Assembly (NCBI GenBank): GCA_004022145.1
Contig: RCNU01000001.1
DNA length: 64,000 nucleotides
Strand: one strand, 5' to 3'
Origin: Paecilomyces variotii
Lineage: Eukaryota
The first letter of the stretch is position 1, and the number at the start of each line of letters is the position of its first letter. The position numbers were made by a program, and so were the translations under genes. The notes under the pieces are model-generated. The model searched no databases, was not told where the DNA came from, and saw only the letters and a list, made by a program, of their open reading frames with translations. This document shows positions 14,577 through 28,200 of this stretch, piece after piece.

Positions 14577-16515
14577 ATGGCGTCTCGTTTACCGCTTTAC
14601 CGCTTGCAGGAGCAACAATTAATGACTGCTGCGCGTCTGGCGCAGAGGTCTCGCAGTCTTCATGTCGGAGCCTCGAGATCTCTGTCGTCCCTTGCCCTGC
14701 AGGGACGCGGTGCTGCTGTCCGCCCGGTCTCCAAGCCTATGCGTTCTGCGCTGCTGAGGTAAGGAAAGAATATATGGATAATGCAGCTCTGTCGATGTGC
14801 TTGACTGATGCTGGAAACAGCGGTTCTAAAGCAAACCTCGAGTCGAACTTGTTCTCTCTGGGCGGCACCCAGGTCCGCACCTACGGTAAAGCCATCTTCC
14901 GATAAACAGAAAAACACGCCTGTTCGCTGCGACTGACATAGTGGACACAGCCGATACCATTGTCAAGGTCCCCTCGATGGCTGAGTCGATTACGGAAGGC
15001 ACACTGAAGCAATTCTCCAAGCGTACGTTCCCCACATTTTTAAATATATCTGGAGGTGGTAGCCTGACGTGGTTCTAGAGATTGGCGATTACGTCGAGCG
15101 GGATGAGGAGATCGCTACCATCGAAACAGATAAGGTGAGCAGTCATGGATTGAGCGGTCAAAACGGTCGTATAGAAGACTTATACACTTCTAGATCGATG
15201 TTTCCGTCAATGCTCCCGAGTCGGGTACGATAAAGGAATTCTTGGTGAACGAGGAAGACACCGTCACGGTTGGCCAGGAAATTATCAGACTGGAACTTGG
15301 AGGCGAGCCGGCGCCGCCAAAGAAGGAGGAGGCTGGGGAAGGCCAGAAGCAGCCAGCTGAACCGAAGGCCCCCAAGGAGGAGCCCAAGCCAGAGCAGAAG
15401 ACCGAAGCTCCCAAGCCCGCTGAGGAGAAGCCCAAGGCCCCATCCGCACCGAAGCCCGAGCCCCCTGCACAGAAGCAGCAGCAGCAGCCTGAGACTACCC
15501 AGCAGCCCCAGCCCGGAAGCCGTGAGGAGCGTAGAGTGAGTGACCATTGAGCATCGCTCTTTTATTTTCCCTCCGCTTCTTGCTAATGCACCTTTAGGTT
15601 AAAATGAACCGCATGCGCCTGAGAATCGCCGAACGTCTCAAGCAGTCCCAAAACACCGCCGCTTCTCTGACCACCTTCAACGAGGTCGATATGTCTTCGT
15701 TGATGGAATTCCGCAAGCTGTACAAGGACGATGTTCTGAAGAAGACGGGTGTCAAGCTCGGCTTCATGAGTGCCTTCTCTCGTGCCAGTGTTCTCGCCAT
15801 GAGGGAAATCCCTGCCGTGAATGCCTCGATTGAGGGCCCGAACGGAGGTGACACCATTGTGTACAGGGACTATGTTGATATCAGCGTGGCAGTTGCGACG
15901 GAAAAGGGTCTTGTTACACCTGTTGTCCGCAACGCTGAGACAATGGACCTTGTGGGCATTGAGCAGGCTATTGCTAACCTCGGTAAAAAGGTAATGAGAG
16001 GTACTCAGCTTCATCCGTGATTGATCACTGACTTCTGGTTGTAGGCGCGCGACAACAAGTTGACCATTGAGGATATGGCCGGTGGTACTTTCACTATCAG
16101 CAATGGCGGTGTCTTCGGATCCCTCATGGGAACCCCCATTATCAACCTTCCCCAGACAGGTGAGATCGCATCCTTTATAGTACGTCCGGTAGTATTTGTA
16201 TTGACCCGGTTTAGCTGTTCTCGGTCTCCATGCGATCAAGGAGAAGCCCGTCGCCATCAACGGAAAAGTGGAAATCCGACCTGTACGTCCTATACTCGCT
16301 GGTGTATACTATAGTAGATTGGCATCGCTAACTTCTGGGCAGATGATGTACCTTGCTTTGACCTACGACCACCGTCTTCTGGACGGACGGGAAGCCGTTA
16401 CCTTCCTTGTTAAGGTTCGTTTTTTATTCCTGGGTCGCAGAATCCGTCCCACTAACCTTCTATTCAGATCAAGGAATACATTGAAGATCCTCGCAGGATG
16501 CTGCTTGGCGTCTAA
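14577..16515 (+). CDS. KGD2: 2-oxoglutarate dehydrogenase E2, dihydrolipoamide succinyltransferase
   Basis: Lipoyl domain ([13 protein letters not shown]), Pro/Glu/Lys-rich linker, [13 protein letters not shown] and catalytic YDHRLLDG. Confidence 0.96.
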
Positions 16516-16740
16516 GTGTTTGGACATACATCTGCCGTCTCTCGGTGCCGGTTCGGTTTTCATCACCAGGGACTACCTCTTCTGTAGACTATTATTCAAT
16601 TTCAGGGGAGTCATATTGTCTTCTATCTGTGAGAGCGCTGCATATTTCAATGTGACCAATATAAGCCTGCTAGCTTCGTATCACGCATGACCTTTCATTA
16701 GCGACTCGGTAACTTTCCCCTGTTATACTCTCACGGCTAT

Positions 16741-18377
16741 CTAGTGCGACTTCTTGACCAATTCCTGGATTATTTGCCTGTGTGCCAGTTTCTTAATCCA
16801 CGCACGAACCGCAGGACCGTAATCGTGCCTCCTCCCACTGGCATAGTCATCTTCCTCTTGGTGAGACTGTAGTTCCCCGTTGATAGACTGTCTTATGCTC
16901 TGTTGCAGGGAGACGAGTGTTTGTCGATGGAGGAGGAGGTTTTCTGCCGAGGCCAATTCATACTCCTCAGCTTCCGCAGCGGGTATTGTGGCATTGTCTA
17001 TGTCGGCTTCCGTGAGGCGGAGAGACGCGTCAGGTCCAAGGATAACGTTCGGTTGGCTATCATGGGATCCTGGCTCTGAACCGCGCTCGGCCAGCTTCGT
17101 GTCTATCCTCTGAAGGGCTTTCACGTTCTGTGCTAACTGAGCTATGTAGTCGACCAGAGGATCCCGAACGACACCGAGAATAGAGAACTCGATTTGGTCC
17201 TCCTCATACTCTAACATCCTGGAGAGGATCATCGGCTTTACTAGGTCCATCCAGTCCTCTTCGGAGCATAGCCCTTGGGAATGTTAGCCACCGGGAGATA
17301 TGCATGCAGGGTATTCAAAACATACCCAATGCCTGCGGCTGCCGTTCTAGTCCGTCGAGTTTCCACACCTTCCCCATAGCCGGTACAAAGGCAATGAAGT
17401 GGAACCCAGCCTCGAAGTCTGCAGAGGCATTACCCTTCTTTGACCCTCTCGATCTTTTGAAAGTCGATTCATTTTTAAGTTGTAGGTCAGAGTTGAGCAT
17501 ATCCATCTTCCTATCTAGGCATCAGTGTTCGTTACTCTTTATTTGCATTCAACATGGGTAGGAAACACACCGTGCGAAAGAATTATGTATCCTCTTAACG
17601 AACTCAAAGTTATTTATGGCATCACCTCGCAGTGCTGGGGTGAAATCCATCGTAAAATCTTTGAATCTCTGCAACTTCTCTCCCAGATCGAGAGAATCTA
17701 TGTTATTGACGATGTTTAGCAGAGCAACACTGGCACAGGCATTGTGTGTGGTCTGCTAGATGTCAGTGAGGGGGCCAAGGTACTTGGGGGTTAAAAAACG
17801 AACTTGATTCGCGAACCAGAGACCATCTGGACAGCTTGCTTCTTGCTTATCTGCTTCCTCTTCTCGCCAGCGGAATAGAAAAATCAATCCGTAAACAGGT
17901 TTGCTGTGAACCGGTTGTTAGATCGGGATATATGGTTGACCAAGGGGGGTTGGGGCTCCCGTGACGCACTGTAGAGACGCTATGATTTCTTCGTCGAGTG
18001 AGATGACTTCTTGCACTTTGATGCCTGACACTCCGAACTCGCGGAGCATGACACTGAATAGAGCCTGTATGTGTGTAAGCATGAGATCTGGTGGGTGTGT
18101 CTTCTGGGGTTGATGCAGGAAGTATAGACATATACATATCCATATCCATTGTCCTGCGCATGAATATATATATATCTCTCTCTCTCACCACCCCCATCAG
18201 ACTCGCAAGGGGTCACCCTACCGGCTCAGATTCTATTTCACAAAACCCATTCCATCGATCCTTGACCTCATCACTAATAGGAACAAGCGGATCTTTAGGA
18301 TAGATCCTCTCATCGAGACCAGACGTCGTCTTCGACGAAGCTCCCACGCGTCTTCTCTTAGCGCGCGGCGGAGCCAT
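16741..18377 (-). CDS. Ubiquitin C-terminal hydrolase, UCH37/UCHL5-like (multi-exon)
   Basis: Exons read by eye: WNGFCEIESEP, VYGLIFLFRW, FANQ, NACASVALLN (catalytic Cys), FHFIAFV..KLDGL, and C-terminal RRHDYGP. Confidence 0.88.
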
Positions 18378-18690
18378 GGTGATGAGTGTTCGAAGACGAA
18401 GAGTGGCGACGGATTGACAGGAAGACCGAAGAATGAAGGAAATCCTCGTCTTCCTTCTCTATGGTACAATTGAAAATGGCCGGGGTTATATTTGTATGTT
18501 GTACATAGAGTGTTGGTTGACCGTATTGAGAAGTAGCTTGCTATTGGACAGCTGGTCGGCTGATACTGGCGCAGCAACCGCAAGCGATGAATTGGATGTT
18601 TGCCAATGGCAATATGAAATTGATATTTGTGTATCAGTTAATCTGAATGGCCTCTCCTTAAAAAGATAAGTTAAAATAACATAATAATAA

Positions 18691-18693
<3 letters not shown>

Positions 18694-18735
<42 letters not shown>
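18694..18735. repeat. (AT)n microsatellite
   Basis: About 20 AT units. Confidence 0.9.
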
Positions 18736-18741
<6 letters not shown>

Positions 18742-19002
18742 TAAGGCAAAGAAAAGGGGGTATCAAATTTTTAAATAAAAAACAGCTAAAAACAGCTAAA
18801 AATAATTAAAACATTTAAATATTAAATTATAACCATCGAGAAGCTAAAGAATATACTTTCTCACTTAAAATTTATATCTAAACAGGAAAATAGATGACTA
18901 GATTAATAAGTGAAGCTAGAATCAGATAAAGACTGCATATTAGAATAGGAAATGGTAAGCGCCAAGCGGGCGGGCTGCCGTGCTTAGTTAGCGCTATACT
19001 TA

Positions 19003-20875
19003 ACGTAATTCCCGACCGACCTGATTACCCGCCCGACCTGATTACCCTATGAGCTTCCTTCGCGATTATTAAATCAGTTTTATTCAACTACTTACTATAC
19101 TACTAAAAAAGCTTATTTTATTAAAAAATCATATTAAATAGGAGGAGAGAATCTTATTAGCAATTAAAGCTTTAAAAAAAGATTAAATTCTCTCTATATA
19201 AAAGGCAGCGTTAATTTTTAATATTTTATATATAACCCTTTAAATAAGACTTTAAGGATATTAATTTTGCTATAATATACCTAATAATATATTTAAATTA
19301 AATAAAGTATAATAGAAATTACTTATATAATAAATATTATTTATAGATTTATAGAGATTAAGTCTTTAGCCTATATAAATCTAAGAGATAGATAATTTTT
19401 TTATAGATTAAGATAGCGGGGTTTAGTTAAGGAAGAACTAGGCATCTATATTTATTAAATATTGCCCTAAATTAAAAAATATTTATTTTAGATAATATAC
19501 CTATTAATAAGCTAAATATAAAAATCTAAAAATTATAAAACTCTATTTTAATAGTATTTAAATAACTAAAATAAAATATAAGATTACAGATAAAGATATC
19601 TATAACTTTAATAAAACTAGATATATAATAGGCTTTATTACTACTGCTAAGATAGTAATATAAGCTAAATATTATAAAAGATATTAAGTTATCTAACTAG
19701 AGAATTATAAATAGATTATATTAATTAAATATATTAACTCTATAGGCTAAGTAATACTGCTATATATTATCTTTAAAGATAAAACCTATATTTAAGGCTA
19801 GTATAAGGATCCTAATATATTAAAAAACTAAAGAATTAAAGTTAATAATAATAGTTAGACTATAGACTAGATTAAATTATACTAGCTTAAAAAAGTTTTT
19901 ATACCTTAAGTAGCTTGCTAGAAGACTAGATAATATTTACTTTTTATTCTAGACAGGTATAGCAGTTATTTAATCTTAAAATTTAATAAGATATATAGTA
20001 AATATAATATTATTTTAGTCTATATATTAATATACTTATTAGCTTTCTATTAACCTTTAAATATTAGCTGCTTTAAACCTTTAAAAGAAGCATATAATTA
20101 TTTAGTTTAAGATAAGCATTAGTAAGGGTTTAATTATATCAATAAGCTTAACTTTCTAAGCATTTATCTTAAAGCTTATATCTAAATATTTATTTTAAAT
20201 ATAATTAAAAGCAGATTTAAAGCAACTAGTTTAATCTCTTTTAACTTAGACAAAGTGCTTAAATAGTTTATTATTTAATTAAATACTCTTATATTATTAG
20301 AAAGCCGGTTAACTGCTTCTATAATTTCTTTATCTAAAATATTATAGAATTATAAAGATTTAGAGAAATATAGAACTATACTTTAAGGCTTACTTAAAAA
20401 ATAAATCTAAAATCCTCTATCTTCTAATTAGCTAGTTCTAAATTATTTTATTTAATAATATAAATACTTAATAAGTGAGAAAATCTTTATAATATATAAG
20501 AATTAAAATCTATACTTAGCTAATAAAGAACTCTAGCAAAAAAAATAATAATCTAATTATTAAATAAGTACTATATAGGATTTAAATATTAAAGAAGATT
20601 AAACTCTTATATAAAAGAATAATAAAGCCAGCAAAGCTCTTACTAGCACTATAGAGCAAATAGGCAATTTAATTATATAGCCGCGCCAGCGGGCGCTGCT
20701 AATATATTTAAATTATAATATTAGGGGCCATACTAGAGTTAGATATCCTAATTAATATAGCAATAGGATATTGTTAAATTATACTACTATTTTGGTAGTA
20801 AAATCGGACAGTATTTCATCTACATGTTTGGGGTGATCAGGTCGGGCGGGTGATCAGGTCGGTCGGGAAATATGT
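19003..20875 (+). mobile_element. Fot1/Pogo-type (Tc1-mariner superfamily) DNA transposon, RIP-inactivated, ~1.87 kb
   Basis: ~45-bp TIRs (acgtaattcccgaccgacctgattaccc... and ...gggtgatcaggtcggtcgggaaatatgt) flanked by TA on both sides. Transposase relics: EERILLAIKAL, DIYNFNKT (from DIYNFDET), ILDRYSSY (from ILDGHxSH), PLNISCFKPLK (from PLDVGCFxPLK). Confidence 0.92.
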
Positions 20876-21239
20876 TATGATAGCTTTGGCGACGGGCAGC
20901 TCCCGGCCTAGACAGGTTTTGTTTAGCCGCTTAGCGCGACTTTTTGTCCAGTATCGAATTGAAGCAGCGCCTGTTCTCCCACGATTCTGTCTATTCGTTA
21001 ATTGCACAAAGAGGTTGCAATTGCTGCATCCGCTGGCTCCTTGTGCAAGAGTCGAAGCCGACTCCAGGAGTCCCCCTTATTCCCGCCCGCTATCCATGAA
21101 AAAGTCTGGTGCGTACATAACCTACACAGCACCGCTTCAACGCAACGCGTTAATGTTTCTCAAAGGCCCAAAGTAGCTGACCCTTCGCAGCTTGATACAA
21201 CACAATCACGCAGACTAGACCCGGGACTCGAAGCATGCG

Positions 21240-24200
21240 ATGAGCGCAACCCCGCGACTCAGGTCTGCCTTTCCACAGACCCCCCAAACGCGTCGAAAGA
21301 GACAAGATGACGACACTCCGGTTAAAGCTGTGGCGCGTCCGGTGAAGGAGCTAAAATCGCTTCCAACGCCCTCCTCACATAAGGATGCTCCTCTAATACC
21401 GTTCGAGGTCATCGATGCTCCTTCGCAGAGACTTTATGTGGTAGCGATCTATGTGGCATTGAATGCCTGGCGGCTGATCGAGGGCAGTCGCGCAGTCGAT
21501 GAATTGGATTCGACATGGCTCTTCTTGAAATGGATCTTCGTTGACGGACTCTTCCTCTTCGGCCTTCAGATACTGAGGATACCTTGGTTGGAATGGGCAT
21601 TCCCGACGACGTTAGCGGTCTTTCTGCTCCATGCTGCTGCTAATGTGTTTCTGATGTTTCGGATACCGGTAAGTTTGGACAGCTGCTTTCTCTTAGCCAT
21701 GTGTTACAATTATCTGACTTGATCTCAAACAGCTTCCGCTGGGAACATGGATTGCTGGCATGGTAAAAGTGGCATACGACAGGGAATTATCGATCTCGGA
21801 GCGGAAAGTCAAACCAGCAGACATTCTGCATAATGCATCTCTGATTCTGGGAAAGCAGATCGTTCACATTCTACCTGAGGGGTGAGTCCGGTGGAACGGT
21901 AGTCTAGGTCCTAGCTAATATCATCAGGTCTGCTTCACTAAATCCAGATCGAATTCCACTGTGCATTGACTCTGCACGATCCTCTGTCACCTTGCCCATC
22001 CGGATCAATCAGACCAATCCCATTGCTATCGAGCTCTTGCGTTTTGACCTCTCAACCGGCGAAAATGAGACCGTGGTTATTCCGTCGAAGCAACTAAAGC
22101 AACTAAAACGTCAGGCAGACAAGAGGCGCACTGCTTCGGATGCGGAAACACATCGCGACCTCCTTCTTCCGGTCAAGAAAACCGGCATCTATCGCCTGCA
22201 GAAAGTTGTGGATGAATCAAAGCTCGAAGTGCGAACTCGGTCTTTGAATTCTCTAGTGGCCTCGTGTCCCAAAGCCCATATTAAAAACACGCAAACACAC
22301 AAGTGCAGGGGAGAGCTCTCGGACCTCATGTTAGAGGTGGAGGGGATTCCTCCGCTGAAAATCAAATATAGTCGGAAAGTGAACCAACTTGATCGCGGTT
22401 TCTCTTTCCAAAGTATCCAGCCGGAGAATTCACACTCGTCAGTGGTCAAATCGGAAGACACCCCTACGCAGCATCCTGTGCTCGATTTGTCCTGGGCTCA
22501 CAGTCAGAAAATTGAGGTGCCTCTGAATGAATCGCTCAATGTGTACGGTCAATGGTTCTACGCAATTGAAGAAGTCCACGACGCCTACGGAAACGTTGCG
22601 AATTACTCGCATCTAGATGAAGCGGATAGACCCCTGACCAAGACAGCCCCCCAGTGGCATCAATTTTCTGTCCACGAGAGACCACGCATTTCACTTCATG
22701 GGTGCAACGAGCAGCGTCCTCTGGAGGTCGCGAAGGATGAGACCGTAGAGCTTCCTATCCAGTTTCATGCGTCTGGCGAAGCCTATGGACAGGACGCGCC
22801 TTTCACTCTGGCATATTCTTTCAATCAGGCTGATGCTGAAAACGATGAACAACCTACAAAAAGTCGACAGGTATCATTGCGGAATCTTGCACACAAGCCT
22901 CGCATAAGGGACCCGGGCTGGTACAGCCTCAAGGCAATTTCTAGCCAATTCTGCTCTGGAGAAGTCCTCGAACCGTCGTCCTGTCTGCTGCACAACCCTC
23001 CTGAACCAGAGCTAACAGTTAGACACGAGAAGGTTTTTGACAAATGTGCGAATAATGCTGTCGGAATAGTCGCTGATTTGGATCTGGTTGGATCTCCACC
23101 ATTCCGCCTTCGGTATAATATCGAATCTTCAAAGGGAGTAGAGACGCGCTTGCAGACTATCGACTCACTGAGGGGTCGGCTCGAGCTTACGCCCTCCGAA
23201 GCTGGCCATTACAAGTACCGCTTTTTGGATATCGCAGACAGTGTTTATGAGCCTCGATCCTTGAAAGACAAAGTTCCTGTATTGGAACAGGACGTGAAGC
23301 CTCCTGCGTCTGCTCATATTGTTGGATCAAAGCAAGTGCGCAAGGCATGTTTCGGAGAGCCGATCTCTGTTGACGTCTCATTCATCGGCGAGTCACCCTG
23401 GAATCTCGAGTATGAAGTTGTCCACAACGGTCGAAAGACAAAACATGTCCTCAAGAGTGAAAGTGAAATGGCGACGATCGTGACCGACAAGCTTGTTAGT
23501 GGTGGAGCCTATACTCTCGCGCTGACAAGCGTCAAGGACAAGTCCAATTGCAAGCGAGTCCTCAAGGACGAAATTAAAATCGAGGCTCGCTCGAAGAAAC
23601 CACACGTTGCTTTTGGCCAGATCGATAGGGCGAGGAATGTCCAAGCGCTAGAAGACGCGACTGTCGAACTTCCCGTCAGACTCGGTGGTGAAGGGCCCTG
23701 GCATATCAAATACAAGAATATAGCCGCGGAGTCCTCACCGGTCATTGAGAAGACACTGTGGAACGAGAACAGCGTCATTTCCGTTCGGGAAGAAGGTCGC
23801 TATGAACTCCTTGAGGTAATGGATGCTTCATGCACCGGTACAGTCGAACAGTCAGCAAAGGTGTTCGACGTGTCTTGGATTCCTCGACCTAGCATTACCG
23901 CTGTCGATGGTTCTCCTGCGCATGATGGTCCGATCGCAAAACGTGATGTTTGTGAGGGTGACACTGACGCTCTTGAACTGAGGTTTTCTGGTTCACCGCC
24001 ATACAGTCTCCGTTATGAACAACAACGGAAGAGCCAAGCTGGCGGAAGCTCTGCCCGTGTTAAGACATTAAGATCTGCTCTCAATCTGGCAACCGTGGAG
24101 CTAGACACTAAGGAAGCTGGATCTTATACATACAAATTCGCGGAGATCAGCGATAGCCTGTATGACCAGGGCAAAAAGGGACGGGACCCTCTTGTTGTCA

Positions 24201-25176
24201 CACAGCGAGTCAATCCTCTTCCTTCTGCGCGCTTTGAATCGCCTGGTCATATTTATGGCTTCTGTAAGGAAGAGGCAGACGGGGAGGAATCAATCCCTGT
24301 CATCCTGGAAGGCACCCCTCCGTTCTCGATGGAGATCTTGATCAAGCACCATTCAAGTGCGAAGCCGGAAGTCGTGTCTATTGCTAACATCAACTCAAAC
24401 CGACACAATCTTCCTATACCACGTCGCCACCTTGACCTGGGCCAGCATGTTGTCAGCATTCACAAGGTCCGGGACGCACGTGGATGTCAGCGTATCACCG
24501 AATTTGATGCCTCCTCAGTTAGGGTTGCCGTGTCTGATGTACCCACGATTATCCCGCTCGAGTCACAAGTTGATTACTGTGTTGGAGAACGCATCTCTTT
24601 CTCCCTCTCTGGCCACGCACCATTTGAGGTGTTTTACACCTTTGACGGAGCTCAGAAGAAGGCCACCTCTCACTCGACCAATTTCCGTCGGATAGCTGAG
24701 AAGCCAGGTCAATTCACCGTAACTGCAGTAAGTGATGGGGCTAGCGGCAAGTGCAAAGCACACAAGAATATCACCAAGGTCATACACGAAATGCCCAGTG
24801 TCAGGATAAGCAAGGGCCGAGTTTCTGTGATCGATATCCATGAAGGCGGAGAAGCCGATCTTAACTTTGAGTTTTGGGGAACGCCGCCATTTGAATTCAC
24901 GTAAGTTTTCTTCCAGAGCTCGTGGACAAAGTGTTCTTATACTGACATTCTACTCTCAGTTATACAAGGAGTTCAAATCCTCAAAGAGGAAAGAAATCGC
25001 AAATCTTGGATATCAAACACGATATCTCCTACGAACACACAAAGACAATCAAAGCCTCTGACGAAGGCACGTACGAGGTTGTGGCCATCAAGGACAAGTT
25101 CTGCTCCTTTTCTAAACAAGAAGGGGCAGGGAAGCCCGGATGGGGAGGGAAACAATTGCAGAAATCGAAGAAATAA
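21240..25176 (+). CDS. POM152: Nuclear pore membrane protein Pom152 (4 exons)
   Basis: N-terminal DAPSQRLY and transmembrane segment, followed by repeated Ig-like units with G.PPF motifs in the 970-aa ORF. Confidence 0.93.
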
Positions 25177-25286
25177 TGGAATAGGCGGAAAGAAAGAATT
25201 CCCTGTTTTGAAATCTATTTTGTCTAGCATGTACATGGCGTTATGATGAATGATTGATTACAATTATCCGAAGAAATAATCACCGT

Positions 25287-28200
25287 CTATGCACCACCGT
25301 TTTGAACATAGATCGTCCGTACCAAACCCTCGCCAAGCCTGGCAATCTCGTTCAAAATGCCAGAAGTGTTAATCGTCACATTGCCTTCAGGATCATCATC
25401 GTTTGACTTATCTGGCATTGTCGAATATGCCAGCTTCAATGCCAAGCCTCTCGGTTTCTTCATCTGCGGATTCCAAAGGCCCGCTATACGGCGGCAATGG
25501 CCATCGCCGTGAAACAACAGCATATTATTCCCGAAAGATGCCCGGATCTCTTGCACGAAAGACATAATGGCCGCCGACGACTTATGACTCTCACTGTTGC
25601 CAAGCTCCTGCAGATTCTTGAACTTAACCAAGCCGCCGGACCGGTCGTTGGCGGCACGTTTGGGATCGAGCTCCACAACGAAATCATACGGTGCAAGGGA
25701 TGGACGAAACAGCTCAGTCACATCGAGATCTGACCCCTTTTCCCTGATTAACGTCACTGCGGCCTTTGCAAGGGCTGATATGCGCGCCGCGACGACTTTC
25801 GAGGGCATTTCGTACTGCGTCCAGGTTATACCATCGCGATCGATATCGGAAGCTGCAAAGAAGACGACCGAGTTCATCGCAGGGTCGACCTTCCTCCAAG
25901 CAGCGAATCGAGTTCTGATAGATTCCAAGGTTTCCGCGGTAAGGGATTCGTTCACATCCACGATAAGCGGTTCCTGTTTCCAGTTCCATCGAGAAAGGAA
26001 ATGAAGCGTTCGTAGAAATCCGGCCATGACGCTTGAGGGCGTCTCCCACGGATACGGGTGGAGGAAGGCCCGTGTGGTCAGGAGTTCGATGAATTCCTCG
26101 TTTATGTGAGGGACGAGCAGGTGAGAGCTGAACCAATGTTTCATGACGCGAATGGTAGGGGAAAGCGCAGGAATTCGGGTGCAAAGAGTATGGAGCGCTT
26201 GTGTGAGTCGGGGGCCCTGGATGAATAACCGCTTGTATGCAGCTAGTGCATCTGCAGTTTCCTCCTTGACGCGGGCAGAAAGAGTCTTATTTTTCAGTTG
26301 ACCCTCAAGCAGTGCTTGTTCGCGATCATGGTGGATGCGAAGACGGAAAGTGACGTGAGACTTGTGGACGATATCGAGGAATCCGTTGTTGAGGAGCTTG
26401 GTGGATTCATTTTCCAAGCCTGTCCGGCATGAGGTGGCCTCCCCAGAAGACTCCAGGTAATCGCCTATTTTCACAAGGAAAGCGAGCTTTGTCATCTGAG
26501 TAGCGGCGAGGTCATCGGGCCAGCGTGTAGAGCTTTCGAACTGTAGAACAACATCGACAACTCCACTGTTCGCGCCACCATCAGGTCTCATTTCCAGCGC
26601 TGTATGACGAAGTAGAGGACTGGCTGGTAAGAGTTGTTTTATCGTGAGCGGAACATCTACCATATCCCTGAGAGATCGTTCAAGAGAATTGAAAGCATCG
26701 AGAACAAGTTGGAACAGTTTGCTTGAAGACGTGAGACTGCCTCCCCAATTGTCAAGTATCCTGTCGTACTCATCCCCAATATAGGTGAGGGATTCTTCAG
26801 ATATTCCAAAGTGACGCTGCAGAATGTAGGCCAATATCTGATGAACAATGGACGGTGCTGATGGGTGGTCTGACCACACCAAAGTCTCGACAATGCTGCC
26901 GTCTTTGAAACGTCTTAGCTCGGACTTTTCTCCCCAGAATGCCTGGAATGATGCAGCTTCGTCCTTTTGTTCAGCGGAGGGACCTTGGTCGATCACTCTA
27001 TTGGCATTTTTAGACTCAAGCAGGAGTCCAACCTGGACAACCTTCTTGGAGTTGTTCTTTGGGGAAGAGCCAATAGCCCATGGTTCCGAATCCCTGCTGG
27101 ACAGAGCTATGAGATTTGCTCTGTCACCGAGCGCTCTGGACAGGACCTGGAAGAGAAGCGATTGATACTGGAGGGACGCGAGGATTCCACTTGTCTTCGG
27201 TGGCAATGGAAGAGACAGGACACGGTCGAATCTGAGCATGGGCTCGTGTACTTTGACGATAAAGACATTACCAAAGTTGTCGTAGCGTGACTCATTCAAC
27301 ATTGCCAGAGTGAGACGGGCTTCGTGACGGAGCAGGTTATAGGACCAGGGTGTCATCTTGTAAAGAATATTGAGCCCTCTATTACCGTCGTAAATCACAG
27401 GGCCTTCCGAAGGTATGGACATAGGAGCAGCGGACAGTATGATGGGCTGTGTCAAGTCCCTGTTGGAGAAGAACTGCATCATTGCCTTGAAGATCTGGTA
27501 GCTACTGTACGATGGCAGTAGGACGGGTTTCCCGTTGGGTCCGCCGCTCTCCATCAGTATAGCGACGATCACAGCCCATTCAAACGTTCCCAAACCACCT
27601 GCTTGAGGGGATGGACCGAAACCTCTCTGTCGAAGCCAAGTGTGCCCGAGAATACAGGCATCTCTGAACGAGTCACTTTTTTGAATAGCCGCATGCAGAT
27701 ATTTCAGGTACGGCGTCACCGTAGCTTCGGAACGGAGGGCCGCATTATAGTACGGTGTAGGCTCTCCAGAGCTCTCGTTCGACTCGCGATTAGTATCCCC
27801 TTTCCGTATATTATTTTTAGCTGGCAGAGTCTTCGAGATCGGAAAGACTGTCTGGTTGATTGCAGTTATAATTCGGATGCGCGGCGTCGGGGCAACAGCC
27901 TGGTTGGTCGCCTTGTGAGGATGTTCCAGAACGATTACAGGACGCAGACTATCTCCATCCTGATACTCGAACTTCACAGACAAATCCAAACCCTTAGCGG
28001 ATTGAAGCCCTGCTGCAATGCACGCCACATAATAAGCCCTCTTGTGGAAATATCTGTAGTTCACATAGTCCTTTTCTTGAAAAAGCTCATCGGGCATTGT
28101 AACTGCGAGATCGATAGTGTACGGGTTTGCCGTCTTCACTCCGGTTCGGAGGGCAAAGCTGCCTACCACATTGATATTGGCAGGCTTCGCATATGCCATC

